Shown here piece by piece: positions 55,401 to 63,377 of a stretch of 64,000 nucleotides of DNA; within the stretch, counting starts at the first letter, position 1; every line of letters starts with the position of its first letter. This DNA comes from Chiloscyllium plagiosum (taxonomy: Eukaryota): assembly GCF_004010195.1 (NCBI RefSeq), contig NC_057719.1, positions 86,411,286 to 86,475,285 of the forward strand, in the 5' to 3' direction. The notes beneath the pieces were generated by a model that saw nothing but the letters and a program-made list of their open reading frames with translations, did not search any database and was not told the origin of the DNA. A program made the translations under genes and the position numbers.

Positions 55401-56923
55401 GACTTGGTTTAAAGTGAGGGGGGAAAGATTTAAGAGAAATCTATGGGGCAACTTTTTTAATGTAGAGGGTTATGCATGTATGGACTGAGCTGCCAGAGGA
55501 AGTGGTGGAGGCTAAATTAGAATGTTTAAAAAGCATCTGGATAGATATATGAATAGGAAGGGTTTAGATGGATATGAGCCAAATGCTAGCAAATGGGACT
55601 AAATTAACTTAGGATATCTGGTCGGCATAGACAAGTTGGGCCACAGGACCTGCTTCTTTGTTATACATCTTTATGACTCGATGATGATCTATCTCTGCTA
55701 CAATTTTTGGACAGTTTTTGTTACCAAATAGAGCTGAATTAAATTCACTGTGTGCTCTTCATTATCTTTCTTGAATTTGATTTTGCAGATCCCACTCATG
55801 TAATTGGGCTGTATCCAGATCTGTTGCCAGCTGACTACAGGAAACAGCTTCAGTACCCAAATCCTCTTCCCACGTTATCCACTGCAGAACTGGAGAAGGC
55901 ACATTTAGCACTTATAGACTACTTGACACAGGTAAACGTGCCAAGTGTCCCTGACCTAATAGATTTAAATGAACTTAGGTAGAAGATGTAGGGCTTATAC
56001 CTAACCTCTTGTGAATGGATGTGCTTGTGAGCTCAAGACCTGCTCAAATTAAATGTACCTGGGAAGCAACTGAAAAGAATGTGGATCAGTAGGCTGCTTT
56101 GCGGCACGGTGGCTCAGTATGGACAGTACGAAGGCTCACTGTTAGCACTGCTGTCTTAGGGCACCAGAGACCCAGGTTCGATTCCAGCCTCAGGTGACTG
56201 TCTGTGTGGAATTTACACATTCTCCCCATGTCTGCGTGGGTTTCCTCCGGGTACACCGGTTTCCTACCACAGTCCAAAGATGTGCAGGTTAGGTGAATTG
56301 TCCATGCTAAAATTGCCCGTAGTATGCAGGGATGTGTAGAATAGGTGCATTAGTCAGGGGAAATGTAGAGTAATAGGGTGGGGGAATGGGTCTGAGTGGG
56401 ATACTCTTTGGAGGGTCAGTTGGACTTGTTGGGCCAAAAGGCCTGATTCCACACTGTAGGGATTCTATGCTTGACGCAATTGTGCCAGGCAGAGTGGGAG
56501 GTGCAGGGGTCTTATTTATACAGTAGAGTAAGTACCCTAAAATTTGGAGATAACTGGGAAGATTGGTATGTTTCCTGGTGTTAGTGTATATCATTGGACT
56601 TGAAGTGCTTTATATCCACCTGTGAGAAGATGTGTAGAACTTAATGTGGGTGAGCGGGTACTGGGAACAGTGGAATGAAGCATTTAGTGATCTGATAGGA
56701 AAGCGCACAGTGGTTTTAAAGCCAACATTGTTGTGATCATGTCCTTCATTAGCATTTTTATAATTCTTTCATTTCTTCCAAGAAACGAACTCACTTGGTA
56801 AAACAGTTGCATGATTCAGAACCCTCTACCACGTCACCCCTGGTGGAAGGGACACCAATCATCAAGTCAAAGAAAAAATTGCTCCAGATCATTGATACAA
56901 CATTACTGAAGTGTTATCTTCAT
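1419..56923 (+). CDS. VPS39: Vam6/Vps39-like protein (HOPS tethering complex subunit); spliced CDS, exons 1-13 in window, 3'-partial
   Basis: Thirteen exons (73,66,65,43,95,99,93,184,121,121,130,143,141 nt) join in frame with GT-AG boundaries. They translate to MHDAYESVPILEKLPLQIDCIAAWEDRLLVGTKPGHLLLYRIKKELGSNRFEV...LLQIIDTTLLKCYLH, which closely matches the vertebrate VPS39 N-terminal CNH region as I recall it. Confidence 0.97.
1505..1524. repeat. (TA)n microsatellite just inside intron 1
   Basis: Uninterrupted tatatata run. Confidence 0.9.
2420..2860 (-). mobile_element. CR1 LINE 3' end, set among older + strand CR1 remnants (about 2290-3200)
   Basis: ORF 2403-2624(-) FTQRVMEIWNSLPARVAEAE is the CR1 ORF2 C-terminus, followed by 3'UTR-like sequence. 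Confidence 0.8.
3400..4850 (+). mobile_element. Degraded L2-like LINE RT fragment
   Basis: Eroded motifs near 4030-4250: tccaatctccttttcttctctaaaattctt (SNLPFLSKIL-like), caatcaggttt (QSGF) and gcaacctttgatattgttgac (AFDTVD-like). Confidence 0.6.
4501..4735. mobile_element. Tc1/mariner (Tigger-like) MITE
   Basis: Inverted termini ttctgctataac ... gttatagcaga with internal repeats of ctataa. Confidence 0.6.
5909..5974 (+). CDS. VPS39: VPS39 exon 2 (EDRLLVGTKPGHLLLYRIKKEL-)
   Basis: Acceptor caccatag|, donor G|gtgagt; 66 nt, in frame. Confidence 0.95.
   Translation, partial: RIDFLLALSQDIFSCIGSRRN
7043..7342 (+). mobile_element. HE1-type tRNA-derived V-SINE
   Basis: B-box gggttcaattccc, V-domain ggagtttgcacattctccccgt...ggtttcctcccacagtccaaagatgtgc, CR1-like tail and (aatct)n end. 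Confidence 0.9.
7384..7448 (+). CDS. VPS39: VPS39 exon 3 (GSNRFEVLLEKSNKNFSKKIQQ)
   Basis: Polypyrimidine tract plus aaacag|, donor CAG|gtatgt; 65 nt. Confidence 0.95.
7575..7786. mobile_element. Palindromic PLE-derived element (inverted pLTR pair plus tail) with hammerhead motif
   Basis: 87-bp arms at 7608-7694 and 7700-7786; 33-nt one-sided tail; flanking direct repeat ctcttcaattctt at 7559-7571 and 7784-7796. Confidence 0.85.
7668..7703 (-). ncRNA. Minimal type I hammerhead ribozyme motif
   Basis: Minus strand reads cttc-CTGAAGA-A-GGGC tcat GCCC-GAAA-CG-TC-gatt. The core is intact and stem I is weak. Confidence 0.65.
8005..8345 (-). mobile_element. HE1-type SINE (older copy)
   Basis: Reverse complement of the HE1 head and V-domain. 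Confidence 0.85.
9597..9738 (+). mobile_element. Solo PLE pLTR plus tail with decayed hammerhead
   Basis: Same family as 7575 and 26835; flanked by the 18-bp direct repeat ccttccctctttacctga at 9579-9596 and 9737-9754. Confidence 0.8.
11030..11612 (+). mobile_element. PLE 3' end / pLTR fragment (same family as 38190-41250)
   Basis: Colinear with 40700-41215; carries a hammerhead-like motif at 11525-11559. Confidence 0.85.
12068..12103 (-). ncRNA. Minimal type I hammerhead ribozyme motif in the PLE pLTR
   Basis: Minus strand reads attc-CTGAAGA-A-GGGC ttat GCCC-GAAA-CG-TC-gatt. Confidence 0.7.
12249..12709. other. Assembly gap (N run)
   Basis: Run of n bases. Confidence 0.99.
13690..13890. 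mobile_element. Older palindromic PLE-derived pLTR pair plus tail
   Basis: Imperfect inverted arms centred near 13770; tail ctccagcatctgcactcctcactttctcc. Confidence 0.75.
13738..13773 (-). ncRNA. Minimal type I hammerhead ribozyme motif (best-formed copy)
   Basis: Minus strand reads AGTC-CTGATGA-A-AGGT tctg ACCT-GAAA-CG-TT-GACT, giving a perfect 4-bp stem I and 4-bp stem II. Confidence 0.75.
14228..14270 (+). CDS. VPS39: VPS39 exon 4 (LYVVSQFKILISLL-)
   Basis: Acceptor tttttccag|, donor G|gtaagt; 43 nt. Confidence 0.95.
15797..16116 (-). mobile_element. Young HE1-type SINE inserted in CR1 ORF1
   Basis: (ttaga)n tail followed by the reverse complement of a full HE1. Confidence 0.92.
17970..18300 (+). 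mobile_element. Young HE1-type SINE inserted in CR1 ORF2
   Basis: A-box tggcacagtgg, B-box gggttcaattccc, (aatct)n tail; CR1 sequence resumes at 18301. Confidence 0.93.
19291..20216. mobile_element. 926-bp insertion splitting the CR1 RT; candidate solo LTR
   Basis: CR1 sequence (aaatgtggggtgc | tgcattttgg) is interrupted cleanly. The insert begins TG and ends CA, is non-coding and contains (ctccct)n. Confidence 0.5.
22020..22345 (-). mobile_element. HE1-type SINE (diverged)
   Basis: Reverse-complement V-domain and head. Confidence 0.85.
23370..24510 (-). mobile_element. CR1 LINE 3' fragment
   Basis: ORFs 23868-24149(-) LYRTLVRPCFEYCVQFWSP and 24203-24409(-) SKFADETKIGG. Confidence 0.9.
24542..25545 (+). 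mobile_element. CR1 LINE 3' fragment interrupted by a SINE
   Basis: ORF 24549-24869 LYRTLVRPLLEYCVQFWSP...LERRRLRGDL. Confidence 0.9.
25091..25426 (-). mobile_element. HE1-type SINE nested in the CR1 3' end
   Basis: (ttaga)n tail plus reverse HE1; CR1 resumes at atgaattggaagg. Confidence 0.9.
25600..25735 (+). mobile_element. pLTR-like repeat of a third PLE-type family with decayed hammerhead (related copies at about 5470-5560, 26360-26520, 45090-45295, 49185-49345, 58605-58790)
   Basis: Shared core aaaacagaaattgctggaaaa.ctcagcaggtctggcagcatc and its reverse complement. Motif gttCTGAACGAGGGTCACTAGATCCAAAAC. Several copies are palindromic. Confidence 0.6.
26835..27064. mobile_element. Palindromic PLE-derived element (inverted pLTR pair plus tail) with 18-bp TSD
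   Basis: Arms at about 26835-26926 and 26940-27031; tail 27032-27064; ctagcattctagatgagc at both 26821-26838 and 27064-27081. Confidence 0.9.
26895..26930 (-). ncRNA. Minimal type I hammerhead ribozyme motif
   Basis: Minus strand reads ggtc-CTGACGA-A-GGGC tcat GCCC-GAAA-CG-TC-gatt; stem I is 4 bp including two G-U pairs. Confidence 0.7.
27140..28070 (+). mobile_element. CR1 LINE 3' fragment (second subfamily)
   Basis: ORF 27610 ALERVQRRFTRMLPGMEG; 3' tail tgttctgtgttct. Confidence 0.88.
28160..28282 (-). mobile_element. Short tRNA-derived SINE-like repeat (related copies at about 41420-41540 + and 50625-50740 -)
   Basis: B-box-like gggtccaattccc / gagttcaaatccc followed by a shared tccagag..gtg..ataacatctctgaaca. 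Confidence 0.55.
29586..29731. mobile_element. Tigger-like MITE with TA target duplication
   Basis: TA-cagaaaaacctcaattatc ... gataatcgaagttcctctg-TA imperfect TIRs; internal cggataat repeats. Confidence 0.75.
30561..30655 (+). CDS. VPS39: VPS39 exon 5 (ENNIYVHDLLTFQQITVVTKAKSASLFSCDLK)
   Basis: Acceptor tctcttatag|, donor AAG|gtaaga; 95 nt. Confidence 0.95.
32405..32503 (+). CDS. VPS39: VPS39 exon 6 (RSDSDELILNMCVAVKKKLQLYYWRDREFHETQ)
   Basis: Acceptor tgtttttag|, donor CAG|gtgagt; 99 nt. Confidence 0.95.
33677..34330. mobile_element. HE1 SINE (+) interrupted by a second HE1 SINE (-, about 33760-34071)
   Basis: Outer copy breaks at ctgtgtgga| and resumes at agtttgtgcatt; the inner copy is in reverse orientation with a ttagattaga tail. 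Confidence 0.85.
35220..35312 (+). CDS. VPS39: VPS39 exon 7 (ADFSVPDVPKSMAWCENSICVGFKRDYYLIR)
   Basis: Acceptor ttgttacag|, donor CGG|gtatgt; 93 nt. Confidence 0.95.
35460..38180 (-). mobile_element. Cluster of nested CR1 fragments (3' ends, RT, EN)
   Basis: ORFs 35551(-), 36626(-), 37012(-) RKFADNTKV, 37360(-) DFSKAFDKVPH and 37577(-) PTRELATLDLVL. Confidence 0.88.
35955..36290 (+). mobile_element. HE1-type SINE inside CR1
   Basis: Head tggctcagtggttagcactgct plus V-domain. Confidence 0.88.
38190..41250 (+). mobile_element. Penelope-like element, largely complete but decayed (RT plus GIY-YIG endonuclease), with inverted partial pLTR at the 5' end
   Basis: Motifs IKPADKGG, GRPIISG, DVSALYTSIPH, QTHGTAMGS and RCIDNIF, then NIVYLICC...EHF (GIY-YIG/CCHH-like). 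38190-38400 is the reverse complement of about 40838-41046. Confidence 0.92.
42230..43190 (+). mobile_element. CR1 LINE 3' fragment (a second short CR1 3' end lies at about 41770-42030)
   Basis: MFADGTKI, WAEEWQMEFNLDKC and HLWNELPEEVVEA. Confidence 0.9.
44171..44354 (+). CDS. VPS39: VPS39 exon 8 (LDGKGSIKELFPTGKQLEPLV...NWTDIPLAM-)
   Basis: Acceptor ttctaaacag|, donor G|gtatgg; 184 nt; matches ORF track 44171. Confidence 0.96.
46025..47100 (+). mobile_element. tRNA-headed repeat followed by decayed LINE endonuclease-like sequence
   Basis: B-box ttggttcaaatctc at about 46085 followed by an eroded coding-like stretch. The same SINE-like body occurs reversed at about 48270-48470. Confidence 0.5.
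47130..47735 (-). mobile_element. Young CR1 LINE 3' fragment
   Basis: ORF 47377-47706(-) is an uninterrupted CR1 C-terminus; tctatgactcta tail. Confidence 0.92.
47905..48470 (-). mobile_element. LINE 3' end / SINE-like fragments
   Basis: tttattcatttgtgggatg...ccagcatttattgcccatccctagttg 3'-tail motif plus a reverse copy of the 46025 repeat body. Confidence 0.55.
48989..49109 (+). CDS. VPS39: VPS39 exon 9 (EHQSPYIIAVLPRYVEIRTFEPRLLVQSVELQRPRFITSG-)
   Basis: Acceptor tccaatag|, donor GG|gtaagt; 121 nt. Confidence 0.95.
50883..51003 (+). CDS. VPS39: VPS39 exon 10 (GPNIVYVASNHFVWRLVPVSIATQIRQLLQDKQFELALQLA)
   Basis: Acceptor cttcccag|, donor GCT|gtaagt; 121 nt. Confidence 0.95.
51455..51860 (-). 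mobile_element. CR1 LINE 3' fragment
   Basis: Homologous to 47130-47735. Confidence 0.8.
52730..53735 (+). mobile_element. PLE 3' part (GIY-YIG endonuclease plus pLTR with dead hammerhead)
   Basis: ORF 52743 reads PGTFPCHCCKKCKTC...VIHCICCTRCGVLYIGETGCQLADRFREHL; pLTR ttgatgaagggcttatgcccaaaat. Confidence 0.9.
54287..54416 (+). CDS. VPS39: VPS39 exon 11 (KMKDDSDSDKWQQIHHIQNLFAFNLFCQKRFDDSMQVFAKLGT-)
   Basis: Acceptor ttgtttcag|, donor G|gtgaca; 130 nt. Confidence 0.95.
54840..55680 (+). mobile_element. CR1 LINE 3' fragment
   Basis: Colinear with the other CR1 3' ends in the window. Confidence 0.88.
55789..55931 (+). CDS. VPS39: VPS39 exon 12 (DPTHVIGLYPDLLPADYRKQLQYPNPLPTLSTAELEKAHLALIDYLTQ)
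   Basis: Acceptor ttttgcag|, donor CAG|gtaaac; 143 nt. Confidence 0.95.
56100..56470 (+). mobile_element. HE1-type SINE with a short insertion in its head
   Basis: gcggcacggtggctcagt-[about 20 nt]-gttagcactgctg, V-domain and tail. Confidence 0.88.
56783..56923 (+). CDS. VPS39: VPS39 exon 13 (KRTHLVKQLHDSEPSTTSPLVEGTPIIKSKKKLLQIIDTTLLKCYLH)
   Basis: Acceptor ttcttccaag|, donor CAT|gtgagt; 141 nt. Confidence 0.94.
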
Positions 56924-57199
56924 GTGAGTATGACAATGTTTTGATTGAGTAAGGCAGTAAGTGCAACTTTGGAAAGAATGTTACATTTTTTCATTCCAAG
57001 TTCTGAACCTGGAACTTGATGACTGTTGACTGTTGTCCTCCTCACTCATCGTAAGGCTGTACAGTAATACTAAAAATGTCTACAAATGTTAAAAAGACAA
57101 ATGTAAAGATATTATAGATAAGTACATGTAATATTTGCAATACGGTAGACAAATAAACAACACAAATAATTGTAAACAGGTATGGCATGACTGTGATTA

Positions 57200-59705
57200 T
57201 AGAGCATAGCTATATGGTGACTAAGGTTGGGAACTGAGCATCAGAAGGTATTGCACCTTTAAGCATAACAGGCAAATTTTTTTTAAAAATTAAAAAAATT
57301 TATTTAAAAATTGTTAGTGAAGTCAGTGCAGTAGTGAAAAAGGATACTGGTTCAGAAAATGCAGATGCAGCATCAGTCTAGGTGGAACTGAAAAGCAACA
57401 AGGAGTGAAGAAACGTTAGTGTGCGTTGAGTGTAGAACGACCTCAATTATCCGAATGAGACAGGCGCAGTGCATTTTGTTTGGATAACTGATTGTTCAGA
57501 TAATGCTTTTGTGGGACCGTGAGATCTTGTTAGGATAGAGCGAAATTCAGATAAGAGGTTGTTCTGTATATGCCTCAAACCAGTAGGTAGAGATTCCATT
57601 CAACAGGAAATTAGAGATACGTACAACAAGAGGTAATAATCACAGGTGACTTTAATCTGCATTTTAAACTGGTTAAACCACATCAGGAATGAATTTGACG
57701 TGGTATAATTGTTGTGAGATGTCCTTTTGGAAAAGTGATCGTGACATGATGGAATTCTTCAAAGAACGAGAAAGTGAAATAGCATAATTTGAAACAAGAA
57801 TTTTATACCTTTGTTATTTATTTTGTTTAGCTTTGAGGGATGAATTGTAGTAGATAAAGTAACTTCATTAAAAAAATAGACATAGATTTGGCATGGCTAA
57901 TGTTTGAGGAATGATTACATGCATTGCAACAGTAATTCTTTCCTTTTGGGCGAAAGAACATAACAGGAAATGTGGCTAACAAAATAATTTCTTGATAGTA
58001 TTAGTTCCAAAGAAGAGTTATATAAAATTGCTGGAAAAACTAGCAAACCTGAAGTTTGGAATGAGTTTAGAATTCAGCAAAGGGCCAAAAGATTGAAGAA
58101 GAGCAGAAAAATAGAATGACAGTAAACTTGCAAGGAAGATTTTCAGCCTATCGTACATAAAAAGGAAAATGTTAGTAAAGCCAAATGCCAGGCCCCTAAA
58201 GTCTGAAATGGGCGATTTGGCATTGAAGATCAAAGAAATAGGTGCAATTAACCAACTACTTTAGTTCAGCATTCGCAGAAGAAGGCATAAATAACTTCCC
58301 AAAAATGCTAAGGAAGCAAGGAACTATTAAGAAGAAGGAATTGAAGGAAATTGTAATTGTTTAAAGAAAAAATGCTGGAAAAGTTAATAGGACTAGTAGG
58401 TGATAAATTCCCAAAGTCTGAATTTACATCCCGGAGTACTAAATGAGGTGGCCATGAAGATTGTGAATGCATGGTTATTATCTTCCAAAATTTCTGTCAC
58501 TACTGATCACTCCTGACAAATTGGAGGGTAACAAATGTAATGCTACTGTTTTTAAAAAAAGGAGGGAGAGAGATAACAGCAAAATACAAAATAAAAAAAT
58601 GAAATCAAAAACAAAAGCAGAAATTGCTGGAAAAGTTCAGCGGGTCTGGAAGCATCTATGGAGAGAAATCAGAGTTAACATTCTGGGTCCAGTGACCCTT
58701 ACTTATAACAGGATCTGAAATGTTAACTCTGATTTCTCTTCACAGATGCTGCCAGAACTACTGAACCTTTCCAGCAATTTCTGGTTTTGGAGCAGGGAAG
58801 TACAGACTCTTTAGCTTAATCTTAGGTTTAAAGAAAATGCTGAAGTCTATTAAAAATGTGTAATGGCAAGGCATGCAATGGGACTCCACAAATCCAGTAT
58901 GGATTCCTGAAAGGGAAATTATATTTGACAAACCTGCTGATGTAACATGCTTAAAAAACTAGCAGAACAGACCAGGAAGAACCAAATTGATGAGATGTAA
59001 TTAGATTCTCAGAAATGTTAATGTAAAGTTCCAGAAAAGAGGTAAGTGTCCAAAAATCAAAGCACATGGAACTGGGGGCAGTATACTGGGTATGGATTGA
59101 GAAATTGATTAGCAGAATAGGAATAAATAGTCTTTTTTTTAACTTGGAGTAGAGGTTGGTGAAAGTGGTATACTGCAGGCATCAATGCTTCGTTCCCCAG
59201 TTATTCATAATACATTTCAGCAGTTTGGATAAGGCAGTCAAGTTTAATACTTCCAAGTTTGTCAACAAAATAACACAGAATTGACTGGTTAATAGAAAGT
59301 AAAAAGGTCTCATAGACAAATTGAGTGAATGGGCAGAACCGGTATAACGTGGATAAGTGTGAACTTAAAAATGGAGTGTCAGGGTATTATTAAAATGGTG
59401 ATGGATTGGAGAAAGTGTGATGTACACAACGACTTGGGTAACTTTGTACACCATTCACTGACAGCATGCAGACAAATGCAGCAAACAGATAGGAAGACAA
59501 ATGGTATATTGACCTTCTTTGCAAGAGTATTTAATTACAGGATCAAGGGTTTTGGTGAGACCACTCCTGGAGTATTGTGTGAAGTTTTGATCATCTTAAC
59601 TAAGAAAAGATATACTTGACATAAGAAAATGCAGCAATAGTCCATTATTGACAAATCTGTCATCCCAGGAATCAAAGAAGGGGAGATTGGGTTGACTAGG
59701 CCTGT
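57200..59705 (+). mobile_element. Old, heavily decayed CR1 ORF2 (EN to RT) carrying a MITE and a palindrome insertion
   Basis: Eroded motifs ggtgactttaat (GDFN), ttacatcccggagtactaaatga (HPRVLKE-like) and agaccactcctggagtattgtgt (RP.LEYC). Confidence 0.7.
57431..57568. mobile_element. Tigger-like MITE related to 29586-29731
   Basis: tagaacgacctcaattatccga ... gataagaggttgttctgta inverted termini. Confidence 0.65.
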
Positions 59706-59711
59706 ACTCGG

Positions 59712-61890
59712 GAGAAAGACTGCAGGTGCTGGAGATCAGAGTCGAGAGTGTGGTGCAGGAAAAGCACAGCAGATCAGGCAGCATCCGAGGAGCAGGCGAA
59801 TTGATGTTTTGGGCGTAACCCCTTCATCAGGAATGAGGCTTGTGAACCAAGGGAGTGGAGAGATAAATGAGGGAGATGAGACAGGGAGGCTCGCTGAGAG
59901 TGCGATAGGTGGATGGAGGTGGTATAATGGTGATAGGTCGGAGGGGAGAGTGAGTGGATAGGTGGGAAGGAAGATGGACAGGTGGGGCAGGTCATGAGGG
60001 CGGTGCTGAGCTGGAAGATTGGAACTGAGATAAGATGGGCAGAGGGGAAATGAGAAAACTTATGAAATCTGTGTTGATGCCATGGGATTGGAGGGTGAGG
60101 TGTTCTTCCTCTAGGCATTAGATGGTAAGGGAGTAGCAATGGAGGAGGCCCAGGAGCTGTATGTCCTTGGCAGAGTGGGAAAGGGAGTTGAAGTGTTCAG
60201 CGACAGGGTGCTGGGGTTGGTTGGTGCAGGTGTCCTGGAGATGTTCTCTGAAGCGCTGTGCGAGTAGGCGTCCTGTCACCACAACGTAGAGGAGACTGCA
60301 TCAGGAGTAAACGATGTGTGGAAGTGCAGGTGAAACTTTGATGAATGTGGAAGGCTCCTTTGGGGCCTTAGATGGAGGTGAAGGGGCAGGAATTGGCGCA
60401 GGCTTTGCAATTTGTGTGGTGACAGGGAAAAGTGCCAGAAGGGGAGGGTGGGTTGTTAGGAGGCATGGACCTGATGAGGCAGTGGCGGAGAGAACTGTTC
60501 TTTCCAGAAAGCAGATAGGGGAGTGTTGGGGTCCGTTTGTAGGTGGTGGAAATGGCAGAGGATGATGCGATGTAGATGGAGGTTGTTGGGGTGGAAGGTG
60601 AGGACCAGGAGGTTCTGTCATTGTTGTGGTTGGAGGAATGGGGTTCAAGGTTGGAGGTCCGGGAAGTGGATGAGATGCGCTGGAGGGCATCATCAACCAC
60701 ATGGGAGGGGAAATTGCAGCCTTTAAAAGAGGAGGCCATCTGGTGTGTTCTGTGGTGGAACTGGTCCTCCTGGGACCAGATGCAGTGGAAGCAGAGGATT
60801 TGGGAATAAGGAATAGCATTTTTCTTAGAGGCAGGGTGGGAGGAGGTGTAATCAAGTAGCTGTGGGAGTTGGTGAGTTTGTAGAAGATGTAGCTGTGGGA
60901 GTTGGTGAGTTTGTAGAAGATGTCAGTGTTGAGTCGGTCACTGTTGCTGGAGATGGAGAAGTCCAGGAGGGGGAGGGAGGTGTCTGAGATGGTCCAAGTG
61001 AATTTAAGGTCAGGATGGAATGTGTTGGTGAAGTTGATGAAGGTCAACCTCCTTGTGGGAGCATGACGTGGTGCCAATGCAGTCGTCAATGTAGAGGAGG
61101 AAAAGGTGGGGAGTGGTGCCAGTGTAACTACAGCAGGTCGACTGTTCCACATAGCTGACAAAGAGGCAGGCATAGCTGGGGCCCATGCGAGTGCCCATGG
61201 CTACCCCTTTCGTCTGAACGAAGTGAGAGGATTCAAAGGAGAAATTATTGAAGGTGTGGGCCAGTTCAGCCAAACAAATTACTCTGTGGAAGGGTCCTGG
61301 TGAGGGTGTCAGAAGAGGAAGGAACTGAGAGCTTGGAGGCCCTGGTCGTAGCAGATGGAGGTGTATGGGGGGGACTGGATGTCCATGATGATGAGGCATT
61401 GGGGGCCAGGGAAACAAAAGTCTTGGAGGAGCTGGAGGGCGTGGGTGGTGACCCGAACGTATGTAGGGAGTTCCTGGATTGAGGGGATAGAACAGTGTTG
61501 AGGTATGTGGAGATGAATTTGGTGAGGCCGAAGCAGGCTGAGATGATGGGTCAGCCGGCACAGTCAGTCTTGTGGATGTTGGGTAAGAGGTAGAACCGGG
61601 CATGCAGGGTTCCCGAACTATGAGGTTAGAAGCTGTGAATGGGAGATCCCCTGAGGTTATGAGGTTGTGTACTGTCTGCAAGATGATGGTTTTGTGATGG
61701 GAGGTGAGGTCATGGTCGAGGGGATGGTAGGAGGAGGTGTCTTCAAGTTGTCACCTGGCTTTAGGGTGTAGACGTCAGTGGGCCAAACTACCACTGCACC
61801 CCCCCCGTGTCTGCTGGTTTGATGGTGAAGTTGGGGTTGGAGCAGAGGAAGTGTAGGGCTGCGTGTTATGAGGATGAGAGATTGGAGACA
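59712..61890 (-). mobile_element. Penelope-like element (RT, GIY-YIG, pLTR plus tail), decayed
   Basis: ORF 61010-61681(-) QTKGVAMGTRMGPSYACLFV...LYIDDCIG; related to 12008-13669; internal 33-bp tandem duplication at about 60857-60921. Confidence 0.92.
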
Positions 61891-62449
61891 TAGATAGGAT
61901 GCAGGGATGATGTTTCTCCTGACTGGGTGGTCCAGAACGAAGGATCTTGGGATATGGTAAGTCATTTTGGACTGAGATGTGGAGAAAATTCTTAAGTCAC
62001 ACAGTCATCTTGGACCTGTTGGTTTCCTCTGATTGTAGTCCAACTCCTGATATTCAGTTAGCACAATCTAATCTGTTCTCTTTGTTTATAAAATGCGCCA
62101 ACACTAGAATGTGAAGTTGTTGGGTTGCTATTGAAGCCTATTAATAGGCGTGCTTTAGATGCTGCTGCTTGTATGTGGTATGGTTATTTAACAAGAAAGT
62201 GCTCTAATGACTTAGTTCGTGTATGCAGCATTCTTGACATCATTCTGATAGTGTGTTTTTGGCTTCATTTCTAATCTGGGCTGAAGCTAAACAGGTTTAC
62301 AAGTTGTAGCACTATAAAATTGTCCTCAGCACCTATGAACTACGGAAGATTACTGCCCTGAGCAATACCAAGTGATTGCTTACATAATATTTTTATGGAT
62401 TAGGTAACAAGATTCTGGAGTCTTCCATAGTTCAATGAAATCAGTTGTA

Positions 62450-63215
62450 AGGAGCATCATAAAGGAGTCGAGAGAGATGAAGATGTTTAGGAAATATATT
62501 TCAGAACTTGGAAGTAAGCCAGCTTTGAAGATACTGCTGTCACTGGTAAAACAAAGATGCAAGAGGAGTACAGCAATGTTAAACATCTGGAGAGCTTAGA
62601 GAGTACAAAGGTGAAGCCGAACAAGGTTATTGAGAAATTTGGGAGCAAGAACGAGAATTTTAAGATTCGGCATTGTTGGACTGGGCATCTATGTAAGTCA
62701 GCAAGCACAAAGATGCGGGATGAATTAACCGTAGTACAAGTTAAGATACAGGCGGTACAGTTTTGGATGAACTTGTGGAAGGTCGGAAACTTACAAAGAG
62801 TCTGTTTGCACAGTTCAAGCAGAGAGAGTACTAAAGCTATGTGTGAGAGTTTCAATAGTAAATGAACTGAGGCAGGATCAGAGATTGATAGTAGTATGGA
62901 AGTGGATGTGGATGATTTTGATAATGAAGAATCTGACAAGGGGTCAGTAACTTATCTCTGTATCAAATCAAAAGCCCTAGAGTGAAAGAGTTGTCATTCA
63001 GCCATAGACAACTGTTAGGGAGAGTGAAGAAGTCACTGGCTAGGGAATGGAATTTGTCATGGGGATCAGAGGCATTAATTTCAATCTTCCTAATGTTTAA
63101 TTGGATGAAATATATCCTCATCCAGTCCTTGATATTAAACAAATAGAATGCTACATACATCACAGGCAATAGAGGAGTTGAGAAAAGTTTGCCAGCAAAA
63201 GTGTGGAATCTGTCC
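62450..63215 (-). mobile_element. L2-like LINE 3' fragment
   Basis: ORF 62487-62939(-) FIQNCTACILT...VLADLHRCPVQQ resembles the L2 motif LIQNSAARILT...LHWLPV. Confidence 0.65.
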
Positions 63216-63377
63216 ACTTGTAGAGTCCTAGAGATCTACAGTATAGATAAAGTCCCTTCAGCCCATCAATGTCCTTGCCTGTCAAAATAAAACCACCTAA
63301 TCCCATTTTCCAGCACTTGACCTATCGCCTTGTATGCCTTGCAAGTGCACATCTAAATGCGACATATGAGCAATTTA

